Under the pieces are notes generated by a model. It did no database searches and was not told the DNA's origin. It saw only the letters and a program-made list of their open reading frames with translations. Of a stretch of DNA of 64,000 bases, positions 23,379 to 35,886 are shown piece after piece. The translations under genes and the position numbers were made by a program. The DNA comes from Octopus sinensis (taxonomy: Eukaryota), in assembly GCF_006345805.1 (NCBI RefSeq), contig NC_042997.1, positions 80,786,001 through 80,850,000 on the forward strand. Reading direction: 5' to 3'. Each line of letters starts with the position of its first letter. Position 1 is the stretch's first letter.

Positions 23379-23824
23379 CATACATATGATAGAATATATA
23401 TGTACATATATACATATGATAGACTGATATAAATATAAATGAAAGCTGGCCCAACAATATAGGTATCAGTAATTCATTTCTATGTGATGCTATACATTCA
23501 GATTACAAGGTTTTATTGTAGGTCACATTCGAGTTTCATAATGAGTTATGAGTTGTTAAGACGGGTATTTTCTGCCCTGAAGAAGAAGGCCATTCTTTGC
23601 AATGTTTGAGATGAGAAATTACCATGAGAGATCCTTAATAACACAGATGCCTAGCAAAACTAGTGATTTTGAGGTTTCTAATTGGATGTTGTACATGTAA
23701 AGTGGTGAAGTGTCTTATTCTTTTTGTTATATATGTAGCAACTGTATCTTTATTCTGTCAAAGAGGACAAGTAACATGACTCCATTGAAAGTAGACAATA
23801 CAATGTTGTCTACTTTGACATGTT

Positions 23825-24500
23825 TTGTATAAGTGAATGCCCTTCCTGACACCACCTACTTCACATATGCCACCAACATTAGTAGGGTCACCATGCAGCT
23901 TACAAGACTATGAATCCCAAGGGAAGCCTTTTATGCATGGAAATAAGAGTATATGAAAAGGGAGAGGAAAGAGCAGGATGGGTTTCTTGCTGTAGAGGAG
24001 TGACATGGCTTCTCACATTCTAAAAGAATTGGTGGGAATTATTGCAGTGGAGCTAAGAAGAGATAAGAACAATGTTGATGAGATGTCTTGGTGGACTCGC
24101 AAGGTGCAAGGTGAGTAGAAATAAGTGCAGACATAACCAAAAGTGTATGTAGGCAGAAGTTGCAAAAATGTATGTGAGTGATGGTGAATAGTTGAGGTGA
24201 TGGATATAATGAGTGAAGAACAATTATAGAGAAGTGGATATAGTGAATGGTGGATAAGGGCTGGGGATAACCAATGATACATGGGAGTGAAAATAGGTGA
24301 ATGTTAACGATAATAGAGTAAGGATGAGAGAGTTGACATGTGGCTGGGTAGGTTGCTATAGCAAAAGACAGAGAAGAGAGTGGATGGCATAATGCATAGG
24401 GAGTGTGAGAAACATATAGTGGTGGAGAAGAAATAGAAAATGTTTCATTTCTACAGATGAGGTTAATAGTCCCAAAATGATGTGTTTCATGCAAAGACCA
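23825..24500 (-). mobile_element. Old retroposon family with an RTE-like tail; relatives at ~26270-26612 (+) and ~30935-31720 (-)
   Basis: The segment ccaccaacattagtagggtcaccatgcagcttacaagactatgaatcccaag...gagcagga..ttcttgctgtagaggagtgacatggct is shared in direct or inverted form by the three loci. Confidence 0.6.
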
Positions 24501-24984
24501 AGCATTCTTATATTACATCTCTATATTATAATTCTGAAATGCGAAAAGTTTGTTTGTCTGGTTTTGGCATTGGAACAGGTTAAAGGGCACTAGATCACAT
24601 CGGATTGACTCCAAAATTTACAGGGACATGTAAAATGAGGTGAGGATGTTAGTGGGCTAGGTTAGAAATCCCTATCTTAAAAGGTGTGGTTACTAGGGCA
24701 AAAAGCGCATACTTTGACAAGTCTTCTCTCATTCTTTTATCTGCCTGTCTTCCTCCGTCTCTCTCTTTCCTCCCTTCCTTTCAATTTCTCTCTATAACGT
24801 CGTTTGACAGTGTCTACTATCTTTCCCTCACAGAATTCACTCCTTCTGCCACATCCTCTCTCTCTGTCTACATCTGTCTGCATTCATAGAGATAATTATT
24901 ATCGCTACCACCACCACACAATCATGAGAACAAATATTATGAATCAGATATTTATTGGGTTAATTTATATGTGTGTGTGTGTGT

Positions 24985-25094
24985 TCTATATATAGATATG
25001 TATATATAATGTATATATACAAAGTGTATATATCTGTATTTATATATATATATGTAATATATATATGTATATATATATGTATATATATGTATAT

Positions 25095-25127
<33 letters not shown>

Positions 25128-25255
25128 GTTATATATATATGTATATATATATGTATATAATATATGTATATATATGTAATATATATATGTATATAATATG
25201 TATATATATATATGTATATATATGTATATATATATGTATATATATAATGTATATA

Positions 25256-25318
<63 letters not shown>

Positions 25319-25392
25319 ATATATATATATTATATATATATATGTAATATATATATGTATATAATATATATATATTATATATATATATATAG
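24985..25392. repeat. Complex (TA)n/(TATG)n microsatellite. Similar tracts at 11020-11112, 20685-20890, 22123-22220, 22520-22886, 30513-30920, 33119-33187, 37985-38325, 38535-38612, 39410-39498 and 47375-47475
   Basis: Seen directly in the sequence. Confidence 0.97.
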
Positions 25393-26617
25393 ATGTGCAT
25401 TATGTGTTTGGTTGAACTGAAAATATGCACACCTATGTTAAAAGTGGTGGGGAGTTTGCATGGCAACTATTTTTTTCCTCAAATGAAAGGCGTGACCTCT
25501 AGGACAAAATTCCTCATCTTATAAAATGTGGCCCCAGTAGACCCGAATGAAATCGGGTTATATTAACCAAAATGTGAAAAGGGGTCTAAATGGGTCTGGA
25601 AGGGGATTAAAATTTACAGGAGTGGGTGTTTAGGAATTCTCTGCTACATCAAGCTAAAAAATTTGTGCCAGCCTTTAAATCTTCAATGTGTTGCCGTCCA
25701 TGATGAAGAAGTTTTGATGCTTGCAATGGTGAGTCTACTGTCATGAGAAAGAATCACTTCAAAACTTGGTGTTTAGGAATTTTCTTTTACATCAAGTTCA
25801 AAATTTTATGCAAGCTGTTAAACTGCCACTACGTTGCTGTCCATCGTTAAGAAATGCCAGCCATGATGACTCTACTATCCTCAGATTCTATCCCTTCAAA
25901 CTTTGGTTTCCAATATTTTTTATTATTTTTATTCAGCTCGCAAGTTCGTCTGTCCCTTTTAAATGTTAGTGTTTTGCTGTCTGCCTTGAAGCAGACCTTT
26001 CCGTTTTCACAGCCTGATATTTATGATTGATCTTTCAAAATATTTTGTTTCTCAACTTACTCAAGATCTTTTGTTGTTTATAAATGGGAGAGAGATAGAT
26101 AGAGAAAGATAGTGAGTTAGAGAAAGTGAGGGAGAGTCTGAGAGAAAGGAAGAGTAAGAGAGTGGGAAAGTGAGAGAGAAAGGAGAGAGAAATAAAGAGG
26201 GAGAATGTGGTGATAAAAAAACAGAAAGTAACAACCACACTCTTACCTGCATGTAGAGCAGGTCACCTTAAGCTAGTCTAATTATATTGCTGTTTCCTTT
26301 TATCATATCTCACTCCCTTCTCTTTTCTCTGAACATTTCACTTTCCACTTCAAATCTCACTCCAATAACTCCCATCAATTCTTTTAGCATGTGAGAAGCC
26401 ATGTCGTTCCTCTATAGCAAGAAACTCATCCTGCTCTTTCCATGACCCTTTTCATATACTCTTATCTCCAAGCATAAAGGGCTTCTCTTGGGATTCATAA
26501 TCTTGTAAGCTGCATGGTGATCTTACTAATGTTGGTGGCATTAAAAATTGTACCCAGTACATGTTGTGAGGTGGTTGGCATCAGGAAGGGCATTCACCTA
26601 TACAAAACCCCAGATAA

Positions 26618-26840
26618 CCCATTTTATACCAACCTACCTGAAACTGTCCTTGTTTCTATGATACAAAAATACCAATTTTTTCATTGATCTAAATTAAAAC
26701 TTCCATCAAAATTTTATGTTAATTTATGTTCCAGATACCAGCTTAATAACAGCAAAGTTATTCTACTAAATTCTTCATTATTTTTATAATCAATTAAATC
26801 AAATTCAATGTTTTTCAAAAGAAATATTGTAACAAAAGGG
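26618..26840. mobile_element. Decayed piggyBac-like MITE
   Basis: Ends ataaCCCattttatac / gtaacaaaaGGGttga resemble degenerate TTAA-CCC...GGG-TTAA termini. Confidence 0.4.
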
Positions 26841-29064
26841 TTGATAACCTTGGCTATTCCTATTTTTGTGTATAATCAGGACTATATTATCTAATGTATG
26901 TTGTTTTTTTATTATGATTTGCTGAAGATTTGGCTGCTATTTCTCACAAGCAAGGTGACCATGTTGAAGCTCCTTTTGTTACCTTATTGCTGCATGAATT
27001 GTTTTGCCCTTACATTCTGTCTATTGTGATATAGAAGTGGGACTTCTTCACTAGTCATGCAAACTTAAAACAGAATCATAGACCTTGTCTGTTGATACAC
27101 TGGCTGCAGTTAAGAGGTTTAACCCTTTAGCATTTAAACTGGCTATATTATTCTTCCTGTTTTATGTTCAAACTGGTCAAATCCAACCTCTCATGTTAAT
27201 CTAAAAAATATACAGTCACATGACTGAAATCTTAAGTTACAAGATAATGCAGGATAAATTCAAAATGAAAGAAAACATAGGGTAGCTTCTGATAGAATTT
27301 GAATTCAGAAAAAAAAAAAACAAAAAAAAAAGATTAAATTCAGCAAATAAATCCTGCAAGTCTCTTTTTCACTACTTCTGTCATACTATAGATCATTTTT
27401 TAATAAAAATATGAAAATTTGGTAGCAACTGTACTTTTCAAAAACTTTGTATACAAAAACACTTATGAAGCCACTAATGGCTTGTTTGTCCATCAAGGCA
27501 TTGCAATGTCCTAATTAGAAAAGTACCAAATTCTCCTTCTTTTAGTCTTATTATTGACCTCCCCACTTCCTCTCTCTCTTTCACACACTAACAAAACCTA
27601 TTACATTTAATTAGTATTCTTACCTGATCTACATTTACTCCATCTGTCAAATGTGTTTGACACATGTAGTGAATTATATTCATCTCAATCGTTTCTATTT
27701 GAGTACAAATCCTGACTTCTTGTATGCTGTATTAGCTTTGCTTTTATACCCTCTAGGCATCTTTTTGTTACAAATCAATCATTAGTTTTGTGTAATTTCC
27801 ACTCCCTTATGCATTCCTTTGACACTGTAACAGCTGACTATGCACCTAAATATATATAACACCTTCCTGAATGAACCAATAAGGAAGCCTGTACAGCTGC
27901 TTAACCTGCTAGAAATAGTATCCAAACAACACTCCATTAAGTGAGGAAGGGAAGGATTCAGAGGATAATGTAATCCTGGATATATTTTTTTTCTTTTGTG
28001 CTAAGTCTAGGGGAAAGGAGAGTGTCCATGGCCATCACAGCCTCCCACACCACACACACACACACACACACATCCTCTGAGGTTAGTGAGATTAATGTTG
28101 TTAATGTTCCTCTTCAATGATAGCAGGAGTCCCAGAGAGCCAACATTCTGGAAAGGAAACGAGTGTAATTTAGTGATTAGTGTATGGCCTAAGAGTTGGA
28201 TGATAAGAATAGAAAAGATGAGGTGGTTGGGAATCACTTAGTAGAGATAGCATGAGTATAGCCAACTATGAGGAGTAAAGACCTTTATATTAGTAGAAAA
28301 AGCAGAAAGAAGAGACCAGACATTTATGGGCCAGAGACTGGAGTGTGTCTGCAAGTAATTTCATGCTAATCAATCAAGTGACTCTTTTTTTGGGTGTGCT
28401 CTATGATGTCTGTGTACAGCAGCGATGTAAGAGCAATATTTTATTGTTTATCACACCTGTAGATTTTCAATAATCAATGAGGGATAAAGGTTTGCAAATT
28501 ACTTTTGTATGGGCTCCCTTTTTTTCAAATTAAACTATGATAAAAATGGAGTTTCTTTATAAAAATGCTTAATGATTTACATTCCAGGTAAAGTGAACTG
28601 AGGCTGGACTGTCTCTGGTTCAAGAAAATAATTATTTAGCAGGATTTGAATGTACAACCTACGAATCAATAATTGAAAATTTCCATAACTTAACCACAGA
28701 AATGTGCTTTTCATTGCATATGAATTTAATGTAATTAAGTTGGTATTTGTCTCCCTTCAAGAATCTTTTCACATTTCAGAATTTAGTTACTGTTGTAATG
28801 TTATAATCTGTTTACAGTTAATTCAAAGGAAACATATTACCAATTTTATTTGAAGAGTAACTTCTAAACTAAATTCCATTTCTTTGGTATAAAAGTATCT
28901 TTTGGCTCTGAAAAGAAGCTGCAGTGGTTGGAATGCTCACTTAGCTTTGTTAAGAATGTGCTTTTCCCATCATCATCACCAAGAGAGACCTTGATGATAG
29001 TGAAGCTTGATTGTTAGGGTTCTAGTCACATACTGCTCATATTTAAGGGGTAGATAGGTTAATG

Positions 29065-29405
29065 AAGGTGCATGACTCAGTGGTTAGAGTGTTGAGTTAA
29101 CAATCAAGAAGTAGTGAGTTTGACACCCAAATCAGGTTGTGTGTTGTATTCTTGAGTAAGAGTTTATTTCATGTTGTTCCAGTTCATTCAGCTGTAGAAA
29201 GGAATTGCAACACCACTGGTGCCAAGCTCTATTGGCCTTTGTCTTTCCCTTGGGTAATATCAGTGGCATGAAGAGGGGAGGCTGGTATGCATGGGTAACT
29301 ACTGGCCTTTGATAAACAACCATTCCCTGATTTGTGCCTTGGAGAGGAACTTTCTAGGTTCAATCTCATGGTCATTCATGACCAAGGGGAGTCTTTACCT
29401 TTTAC
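29065..29405 (+). mobile_element. Old tRNA-derived SINE
   Basis: A-box-like tgactcagtggttaga and B-box-like gagtttgacacc, a central gtattcttgagtaag domain, and a tail ending gtctttaccttttac. Confidence 0.6.
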
Positions 29406-29781
29406 TCTTTTTAAGCTCATGATTATAATCTCGATGTAAGTAGTTTTTGTATTTCTTGTTGTTGAAAGAGACAAGATTGGCACATTTCCATTGAAGGATG
29501 TTTCTGAGATTTCTGTTGAAAGACAGAAATCTCAAAACCATATTTGCATTTAGTATGCAGAGCACTCCTCTGTGGGGCTCTGCCTCAGCAATAGTACTGT
29601 CAGGACAGTCATCTTGTTATTTGTTTCTTTTTATTTGTTAGCATGTTCTTTCTGTTGCTAATCCCTAAACGATGAAGTAGAAATCTCAGATGAAATGTTG
29701 ATATTAATAGCAAACATTGGCTATTTGGTAGAATGTTTGCAAACAGCTTTCAATTAAATTTTGTCATTCTATTTTTAACAG

Positions 29782-30142
29782 ATTAAATATATTTTAATGT
29801 TGAACTTGGAGAAATAGCTGTTATGTATTCCATTATTTCTGAAACATATTCCATTATTTCTGTTCAATTTAACTGAGAAGTAAATCATGGAAGAACAAGG
29901 AAATATAGAAAGTAAAATTAAGATAAAATGTCAACTAGATTATCCTAACAAATTGTTTGATCAGTTACAATGTAATTCTTTTGGATAAAATTGCAAGAAT
30001 TTTGAACGAAATCAAGACCTTGACTTGCTTACATGCTGGAGACTGAATTTCTTCATTAGCTCACAACTGTTATTTCTAGACATAGAAAAGCAAGGATAAA
30101 GATTTTCATATTTTCAAAGAATGGAAAGGAAAATGCTTAAAG
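29782..30142 (+). other. Candidate plus-strand exon (mostly UTR; ATG at 30121 gives MERKMLK)
   Basis: Acceptor ttctatttttaacAG| and donor AAG|GTTAGT in unique sequence. An upstream ORF from 29887 (MEEQGNIESK...) stops inside it. Confidence 0.25.
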
Positions 30143-30309
30143 GTTAGTCTTAGATCAAGCATCATGGCCAATGCTTTGGAAAATTTTCTACTTCACATTG
30201 TGAGTAAATTTTTTGTAAAGCATTGGAACTGAATTTTCAGTGGTGGTTTAATGACTCAGTATCATGGGGTGAAATAGTGATGACTACTAAGTTGTCAAAG
30301 TTTTTTCCC

Positions 30310-30511
30310 AATATTTGCATCTTCACTTACAGCTGTTTCTATTAATATTCAATAAACATTAAATTTACATTTATGCAACATAAGCATAATATCATCAAAG
30401 GTAAAGTGATGTGCCTTTGGATGCTATATGTGTGTTTGTGAATTCATTTTAGCAGACTCTGAAATGAATCTGCTTAAATGAATTCACAAACACACATGTA
30501 GCATCCAAAGG
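30310..30511. mobile_element. Penelope-like element: decayed hammerhead (30324-30403, minus) plus a 98-bp terminal palindrome (30414-30511)
   Basis: Minus strand: TTGATGA...GAAAC AGCT GTA. Homologous to 45925-46085. Palindrome cctttggatgcta..gaattcattt/aaatgaattc..tagcatccaaagg. Confidence 0.65.
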
Positions 30512-30584
30512 TATATATGTATCTATGTATATATATGTATGTATGTATATATATGTATATATGTATGTATATATATGTATGTTA

Positions 30585-30628
<44 letters not shown>

Positions 30629-30806
30629 ATATATATATAATATATATATATATATACATATATACATATATACATATGTATATATATATATGTATATGTA
30701 TGTATGTATGTGTATGTATATATATATATATGTATATGTATGTATGTATGTGTATGTATATATATGTATATATATATGTATATATGTATGTATGTATATA
30801 TATATG

Positions 30807-30841
<35 letters not shown>

Positions 30842-32257
30842 ATGTGTGTGTGTGCGTGTTATTTGTAGATGTGCATACATGTATATTTATCTACATGTAT
30901 ATGTATTTATATATGTATATGTGTATTTGATGGTTTGACAGAATCTGATGGGTCCAAGAACTACATCATGTTCCAATGTCTGCTTTGGTATGTTTTTTTT
31001 TACCTGGATGCCTTCTTAATGCCAACTTTCCTACAGAGTGTACTATGTGCTTTTTCATGCCACCACCACTAGTGAAGTCACCATGTAGCTCACAGGACTA
31101 TGAAACCTGCAGGATTGGGGATGGAGGTTAGCTTTATGCTAGGAGAGAAAAGGTTAGAATATGAGAGGAGTGAGTGGGGGAAGAGCAGGTTTTTGTTGTA
31201 GAGGAGTAACATGGCTATTCCCGTTTAGAAGAGGGAATGAGAATGATCAGTAAGGGTTGTGAAAGTGTAAGTAGCAATAATGAGGTATCCAGGTCACCTC
31301 CTAAGGTATGAGGCAACAGAGTGAGGGTGAATGTGGGTTTGCAAGAGTATATGAGGGAGCAAAGAGATGGGGAAATGTTGAGAGGGGACGTAGGCAACAA
31401 CTATAAAGATTGGGCTTGGTTGAAAGGTGGGTGTAGGGAGTGATGGATAAGGTCTGCAAAATGACCAATGATGCAGGAGCTGGAGAATCCAGAAGAGAAT
31501 GAGTTGAGGGTGATTAGGAGAGCAGCAGGACAGTAACGAGGATATAGTTGACTAGGGTGGTATAACAAGTGATTGGACAGGCTGCAGGAATGGAGTGGGG
31601 GGAGATGATCTGGTGTTCAGTGGGGTGGAGAAGGATCAATATATTGTGTGGGGAGAGAAAACAATATTAATGAGTGAAGAATGGCTAAAAAGAGAATGAA
31701 AATGAAGTAGTATCATGGGAAAGCTGCAGTTTGAAGGATGATGGGTTGGATGGCTTGATCAGAGCTGGCAAGCTGGGGAGCTGCATCAGACTCTAGTCTG
31801 TTTGGCATGGTTTCTATGGCTGGATGCCCTTCCTAACACTAACCACTTTACAGAGTGTGCTGGGTGCTTTTACATGGGCATCACACAGGTGCTATTATGC
31901 GATGCTGCACAGGCACTTTTATGTGACATTTCACAGGTACTTTTACATGGTGTCGCCATGAGTACTTTTTACTTGGCACAAGACTCTCGCAGGTCAATCC
32001 TCACCACTGGGGTGGGGGAACCCAGTCTAAACACTTCTGCTGTGGAGTGCAGGACATTTTTAGTACAGCAAAGTGCCAGGCAAATCAGTCATTTCTAAAT
32101 CTATCTAGTCATATATCTGTCCCACTGTCTGTATATATATATATATTTAATTTATATTTATACTGTGAAATTTGATTTAATCCTAAATCTAATTTTTCCC
32201 TGTAAGTTTGGATATACTCCCTAATATTACTATTATTATAATTATATATATATATAT

Positions 32258-33118
32258 ACAGAATATTACGTTATATAATTAGGGTTCAGTAAAATAATTT
32301 ACTTTACCACATACTGAAACTTTTAGAAATAGCAGCCAAAAAGTTTTTTAGTCATTTCTTCTACTATAAGAAAAATCTCCCAGATAGTGTTTACTCAAAA
32401 ATAATTCACGTAGATATGGAGGGAAAAACAACAAAATATCACATGTACAAAGACCATTTGAGAACGTTACGTTTCTAGATTAGTTGAATTTAAACTCAAC
32501 ATTTCCTTTGTCAGCTCAACATTTCTTAATTTGGATTTGAAAGCACTAAAAATCGAACATACCCGTTTGATATGAGTAATCTCAGACAAACCATCTCCAA
32601 ACTGCCAGTGCCAACAAATTCAAAAAGTACGAGTGAGGACTTGTATTATCAATAATAAAAGGGTAAAATCAATTAATTATTAATTAATTTCACCAAGTAG
32701 TGTTCAGTATGTAAAACATAATATTTTGAATATACCTTGAATGGTCCTTTTACATACTGAACACTACTTGGTGAAATTAATTAATAATTAATTGATTTTA
32801 CCCTTTTATTATTGATAATACAATTCCTCTCTCCCTGTTTTTTATTACGGTTCTCACCGTAAAAATTTGTTTACTCTATAACTCACGTGGATGGAAGCGG
32901 GAGAAATACAAGTCCTCACTCGTACTTTTTGAATTTGTTGGCACTGGCAGTTTGGAGATGGTTTGTCTGAGATTACTCATATGTGGTAAAGTAAATTATT
33001 TTACTGAGCCCTAATTATATAACGTAATATTTTGAATATACCTTGAATGGTCCTTTTACAAACTGAACACTACTTGGTGAAATTAATTAATAATTAATTG
33101 ATTTTACCCTTTTATTAT

Positions 33119-33122
<4 letters not shown>
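32258..33122. repeat. Nested inverted and direct repeat mosaic (Penelope-like architecture)
   Basis: IRs: ~32262-32312 vs ~32980-33031, ~32570-32647 vs ~32905-32982, and ~32641-32716 vs ~32746-32823. Direct repeat: ~32719-32818 vs ~33026-33122. Hammerhead remnant at 32458-32519 (minus). Confidence 0.8.
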
Positions 33123-33183
<61 letters not shown>

Positions 33184-33237
33184 TATGTACTGAGAGAAGA
33201 AGGAAAAGAGAGAAAAAATTGTGGATTTAGTGGTCAA

Positions 33238-33453
33238 CAAGGGGGTGCTAAAAAGTTCCTGGCTTTGGGTAAAAAAAATACAGAAGGATCAGTTAATTAT
33301 GATTTTATCCAACATATTCCCATCTCAGAACCATACACCTATTGCAGTGGTCGTTAAGTTATTCTAAGCCCTGTACAAGAATTTGGAAGTTTGGGCCTCC
33401 AATTATGCCTTTCATGACACCCTTATAGCCAGGAACTTTTTAACACCCCTTTG
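33238..33453. mobile_element. Mariner-derived MITE (truncated relative at ~38950-39110)
   Basis: TIRs caagggggtgctaaaaagttcctggct / agccaggaactttttaacacccctttg. Confidence 0.85.
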
Positions 33454-33564
33454 TATTTATGTATGTGTGTGTGCGTGATGCATGCATGTGTGTGTATGTA
33501 TGTGTATATATATGTGTGTGTGTATATATATGTGTGAGTGTATATATATATATATATATATAGT

Positions 33565-33853
33565 GGAGGCGCAATGGCCCAGTGGTTAGGGCAGCGGACT
33601 TGCGGTCGTAGGATCGCGGTTTCGATTCCCAGACCGGGCGTTGTGTGTGTTTATTGAGTGAAAACACCTAAAAGCTCCACGACGCTCCGGCAGGGGGTGG
33701 TGATCCCTGCTGTACTCTTACACCACTCTTTCTCTCACTCTTTCGTCTGTTGGCCTGCTTGCTTAGCATTCGAAGGCTAAAACAATGCGAACACATTGTG
33801 ACCAGCGATGTGTAGCAACATCTGATGGTCTGGTCAGTCATGTGATCACGTGA
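33565..33853 (+). mobile_element. Young tRNA-derived SINE (octopus OR-like)
   Basis: ggaggcgcaaTGGCCCAGTGGttagggcagcgg...GGTTTCGATTCCcagaccggg. CpG-rich, with a tail ending gtgatcacgtga in (TA)n. Confidence 0.85.
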
Positions 33854-33964
33854 TATATATATATATATATATGATGGATAATAAAACATTTGTCCTGATT
33901 AATAATAAATTCTCATATATTCCATCTTCTCTCTTTCATTTGCTATATATATACATATAAATAT

Positions 33965-34291
33965 ATGCGTATAATAAGGGATGACCACTAAGTGGACATC
34001 CAATATGCTAGAAGAAGATCACCTATGATCTAACTACAAAGAAAAGAATGTTCTCTAGAGGAATTCAACAAACACCAGAACATAAGCGGATAAGACAGAT
34101 GAAAATATACAAAATACAGAATTAATGATGAAACCGGTCTACGATTAATTCTGTATTTTGTCTTACCCACTTATATTCTGGTATTTGCTGAATTTCTCTA
34201 GAGAACATTCTTTTCTTTGTAGTTAGATCGTAGGTAATCTTCTTCTAGCATATTGGATGTCCACTTAGTGGTCATCCCTTATTATACGCAT
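33965..34291. repeat. ~327-bp palindrome with GAAACCGGTC at its centre
   Basis: atgcgtataataagggatgaccactaagtggacatcc... is mirrored by ...ggatgtccacttagtggtcatcccttattatacgcat. Confidence 0.85.
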
Positions 34292-34436
34292 GTATTACAA
34301 TTTTTCTGAATTTTCAGATTTTTCTATACTGGCTACTGGTTTTAAATTGATGTTAATTAAATTAATATTCAATTTATCACCCTCATTATTTAAATTTAAT
34401 ATATAAATATATATATATGCATGTATGTATATGTAT

Positions 34437-34650
34437 ATGGCTTAATGGTTAGGGTGTTGCATCATGATCTAGTGATTGTGATTTCAATTCCTAGTCCAGA
34501 TAGTTTGTTGTGATCTTGAGCAAAAACATTTCATCTCATGTTGCTCTGTGAGCACCTTGAACATTTGATCACTATAAACAAATCATTTGTGCAGGTCATT
34601 CAACAAAAACTTAACACTCATACATTGGCTTCAATGAGAGAGTCCATCAT
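34437..34650 (+). mobile_element. tRNA-derived SINE family (other copies ~39111-39400 and ~39498-39790)
   Basis: tggcttaatggttagggtg head, tgtgatttcaattcc B-box-like motif, and a shared gtg(a/t)tcttgagcaaa core. Confidence 0.7.
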
Positions 34651-34694
34651 CTGTATGTGTGTGTATATATATATATATATATATGTATATATCA

Positions 34695-35750
34695 ACATCA
34701 TCATCGTCTAACGCTTTCCATGCTAGCATGGGTTAGACGATTTGACTGAGGGCTGGCGAACCAGATGGCTGCACCAGGCTTCAATCTTGATCTGGCAGAG
34801 TTTCTACAGCTGGATGCCCTTCCTACTGCCAACCACTTTGAGAGTATAGTGGTGCTTTTACGTGCCACCAGCACAGGGGCCAGTCAGGCGGTACTGGCAA
34901 TGACCTTATTCGAATCTTTTTGCACATGCCACTGGCACAGGTGCCAGTAAGGCGATGCTGGTAACGATCATGCTTGAATGGTGCCTTTTACGTGCCACCA
35001 GCATGGGGGCCATTTAGCCGCTCTGGCAACAATCATGCTTGGATGGTGCTCTTAGCACCCTACTAGTACGGGGCTCAAGTGCCAGTAAGGCGATGCTGGT
35101 AATGATCACAATCGAATGGTGCCTTTTATGTGCCACTGGCACGGAAGCTGGTTAGCCACTCTGTTAACGATTGGGTGGTATGAGCTAAAGAGAAGATATT
35201 GTTTTGAGTCAGTTGATTTATGATAAATGTCACTATTTGGTTGGTGACTTTTTTTATCATAATATCTAAGAAAGAGAGCTGTTCTTTACTATATATATAT
35301 ATATATACCATCATCATCATCATTATTTAACATCCATTGTCCATGCTGGCATGAGTTGGACAGTTTGACCAGGGCTGGTTAGCTGAGGGGCTGCACCAGA
35401 CACCAGTCTGATTTGGCATGGTTTCTATGACTGGATGCCCTTCCTAACACAAACCACTCTGAGAGTTTAATGGGTGCTTTTGCATGCTACTGGCACGGGT
35501 GCCAGTTGCATGACGCCAATATTATTCACAACTGTGATTTCTCTTGGTTTGATGGGTCTTCTCAAGCACAATATATTGCCAAAGGTCTCAATGATTTCAT
35601 TGCCTCCGTGAGGCCCAATGCTCGAAAGGTGCTTTTGACATGCCACCGGCACAGGTGCTAGTTGCATGACACTGGCATTGGCCACATTGCCTCCATGAGG
35701 GCCAACACTCGAAAGGTGCTTTTTATGTGCCACCAACATGGGTGCCAACA
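34695..35750 (-). mobile_element. Two adjacent RTE 3'UTR copies (~34695-35160 and ~35308-35750)
   Basis: Each begins on the plus strand with (CAT)n..ccatgct(a/g)gcatg and contains ggatgcccttccta plus gtgccac..ggcac VNTR units. Confidence 0.8.
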
Positions 35751-35854
35751 CACACACACATACACACATGCATACATACATGCATGCATGCATACATACA
35801 TACATACATACATACATACATACATACATACGTGCGTGCATGCATGCATGCATG

Positions 35855-35886
<32 letters not shown>

